A stretch of DNA of 64,000 bases from an uncultured Methanoregulaceae archaeon. Its GTDB lineage: Archaea > Halobacteriota > Methanomicrobia > Methanomicrobiales > Methanospirillaceae. Below, piece by piece: positions 61,422-64,000 of the stretch. Where the stretch lies: contig CAVTTL010000001.1 of NCBI GenBank assembly GCA_963737635.1, positions 1,920,001 through 1,984,000 of the forward strand, written 5' to 3'. The position numbers and the translations under genes are program-made. The notes beneath the pieces are model-generated. The model was not told the origin of the DNA. It saw only the letters and a program-made list of their open reading frames with translations, and searched no databases. Numbering within the stretch: the stretch's first letter is position 1; every line of letters starts with the position of its first letter.

Positions 61422-63679
61422 ATGGATAACCGTAGTCAAGATCATACTGATTATTTCAATACCTTCATCAGGACCGCCCAATATATTACGCACCTTACTC
61501 CACAGCAGGATATCCTAACTGAAACCGGGAATGCGCTTGTCAGGTTCTATGGAGCAAACACCGTCGGTTTCTTCGAGCAGCCCAACGGCAGGAAATTGAC
61601 CGGGCATCACTGGATTCTCCCCGATGGAATCGTGCCGGCACGGTTTATGACCCATGAGATCCAAGGTGTGGTCGCTGAAGTAATGGAGACCGGCTTCCTT
61701 GCAACCCACCGGATCGAGCCGGAGGGGTTATCAGCAGTTTTCCTTCCCATTATGTGGGAAAGTAAGATCATGGCCGTGATGACGGTCGCGCACAAAACAC
61801 CCGGTCCGTTGCAGGATGAGCTTCTCAACTCCTATCTCGCGATTTCAGGCCTTGTCAGCACTGCGGTCTCATCAGCGGTCGTATCCTTCAATACTATCGC
61901 CGAGAAAAAGCGTGCCGAAGAGTCCCTGAAAGTGGCTCGGGAGAATCTTGCATTCCTTGTCAAAAACACTCCTGCCATGCTTTACCGGTTCCATGCTTCG
62001 GGTGATCGCGCGGTGACATTCATATCAGAGAACGTCAGAGACCAGCTCGGGTGCGAGCCGGAAGCGTTCATGGACAACCCTGCATTCTTTGAATCACGCA
62101 TCCATCCGGACGATCGGGTACAGATCCAACAATGCGTAGAGAATGCACTTTCTGCCGGCGCGGCCACAGTCGAATACCGGTTCCTCAGAAATGATGGTAC
62201 ATGGCGCTGGATGCATGACGAGATGCGACCGATCAGAAGCAAAACCGGTGAACCCGCCGAACTTATCGGGTACTGGATTGACATCACCCAGAAGAAGAAA
62301 GTGGAGGAGACACTGGTCCGGAATAATGAGGAGCTCTCAGCGCTTAACGAGGAACTCAACGCGATCAACGAGGAACTCACTGCAACTCAGGAAGAATTGC
62401 GCCAAGCCAACGATGAACTTGCCAAGAACGAGCAGGATCTTCTCCGGAAGAACGATGATCTTAGAATGATTAATGAGGAACAAATCGCGATGCAGGAGGA
62501 ACTCCAGCAGAACAATGAAGAGCTCTTAAAGCTGAGCGTGCGCTCAGTGAGACAGGACAGTACCTGGACAACCTCATCAATTACGCAAACGCTCCTATTA
62601 TCGTATGGAACCCGCAGTTCCGGATCACCCGGTTCAACCACGCATTTGAGCGTCTGACCGGGCGAGCCGCTGAAACCGTAATCGGCCGGTCGCTTGATAT
62701 CCTCTTTCCCGAGGACCGGAAGATAGAGATGATGACGAAAATCCGCAGCACCATTTTGGGTGAGCAATGGGAGTCGGTCGAGATCCCAATTCGGCATTTC
62801 GATGAGAGTGTCCGGATTGTGCTCTGGAACTCCGCAACGCTTTTCCGTCCTGACGGGAAGTCTGTGTTGTCGGTCATCGCACAGGGCCAGGATATCACCT
62901 TAAGAAAACGTATCGAGGCGGATCTGGTACTAAAGAACAAGGAACTTACCGATGTAGAGCAGGAACTCCGGCAGAACGTCGACAAGCTTGCCGCAAGTGA
63001 GCGAATGCTCATAGAGAACGAGGCGAAACTGAGGGAGGCTCTTGCTGAAAAAGATGTTCTGCTTGCCGAAATCCATCACCGGGTCAAGAACAACCTCACG
63101 GCGTTCATCTCCCTGCTCAGTCTCGAAGGTTCTACAGAAGATACGCCCACCGGGAGGCTGCTCAGACAGGACCTGCAGAACCGGGCACGGAGCATGGCGC
63201 TCATCCATGAGACGCTCTACCGGACCAATAAGTTCGATGAAGTTGACGTGGGAGTTTACCTGACAACGCTTGTCGGCCAGATAGCAAATTCATTCAGAAC
63301 CACCCCATCCGTAAAAACACTCATTGACGCTCACGGCGTAATGCTCGATTTACCACGTGCGACACCATTGGGGTTAATTGTCAACGAATTGGTGACAAAC
63401 TCGTTCAAGTACGCATTCCCTGATTCCTTCGATGTTGAGGCAATCCGTAACGCTCCACCCACCATCGCGATCGCGCTTGCAAAAGAAGATGGGACGTATA
63501 TCCTGTCCTTCGGGGACAACGGTGTCGGGCTGCCTACCGGCATCGATCTCACAAAGACCCAGACCCTCGGTCTGAAACTGGTGAACTTCCTCGCGCGCCA
63601 CCAGCTCCGGGCAAAGATTGAGGTCAATTCAGAAAACGGGGTGGAGTTCGTGTTCAGATTCCGGGAAAACGGGGAGTAA
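61422..63679 (+). CDS. Cytoplasmic GAF-like/PAS/coiled-coil/PAS sensor histidine kinase (HisKA_2 type); frameshift near 62530
   Basis: IHPDDR PAS, NEEL heptads, a second PAS (LDNLINYANAPIIVWN) in the shifted frame, EIHHRVKNNL, NELVTNSFKYAF, DNGVG, TLGL.LV. Confidence 0.88.
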
Positions 63680-64000
63680 GGTAAGGTATGCGAACTACAT
63701 CCCTTCTCGCTGGGAAAGGTAACGGTCTGATTGCCATGCACCTGACCCCCTCGCACTGATTCAGCCATCACGTCAGGTTTTTCCTGTATTTTGTCAGCCG
63801 GAGATCCTTGACACTTAATTTCACGTCATTCCTTTAATACCCATGAAAAACTGCCCGCTCGGCAAATACGCGTGGATTTTTTCTCCAAAGAATGAAGGAG
63901 AGAACGCCAAGCCGGTCTTTTTTTTGTTTTACGCAATGAAGTCTTCGGCGATCATTCTGCAGAGCCGGTTACTCTCTGCAAGAAATCCCGGGGTTTCCCT

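Noticed and set aside
62320-62530. Repeated AACGAGGAACTC-like units
   Set aside because: They encode NEEL coiled-coil heptads common in PAS kinases and are not a DNA repeat array.
63680-64000. Possible ncRNA or gene start at the right edge
   Set aside because: No recognisable RNA motif or convincing ORF within the window.

Overview
Archaeal chromosomal window, most likely from a Methanomicrobiales methanogen (Methanoregula-like). This is inferred from gene content: ArcTGT/ArcS, archaellum plus CheF, pelota/aRqcH/ABCE1, aIF5A and REC/PAS-rich signalling proteins. Housekeeping content includes MgtA, RNase P RNA, the archaeosine genes, a ribosome-rescue cluster, an arl/che operon and an FBPase-IMPase/NAD kinase/hom operon. 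Accessory elements of note: (1) a ~4.3 kb integrase-free island (FkbM methyltransferase, REC-PAS-PAS protein, carotenoid-oxygenase-family gene) bounded by a ~130 bp duplicated 3' end of an AI-2E transporter gene; (2) an orphan CRISPR mini-array directly behind rnpB whose single spacer translates to a phage-terminase-like peptide; (3) a three-subunit PntAB transhydrogenase; (4) a TerY-P-like vWA/PP2C/kinase triad plus a HEAT protein; (5) a tight operon of corrinoid protein, MtaA-like protein, RACo-type activator and sensor histidine kinase with no substrate methyltransferase, which may be a corrinoid-based signalling module. Many single-base frameshifts, including three in essential ABCE1, indicate an indel-prone assembly, so split genes are treated as intact. 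All assignments come from motif recognition by eye; no database searches were run.
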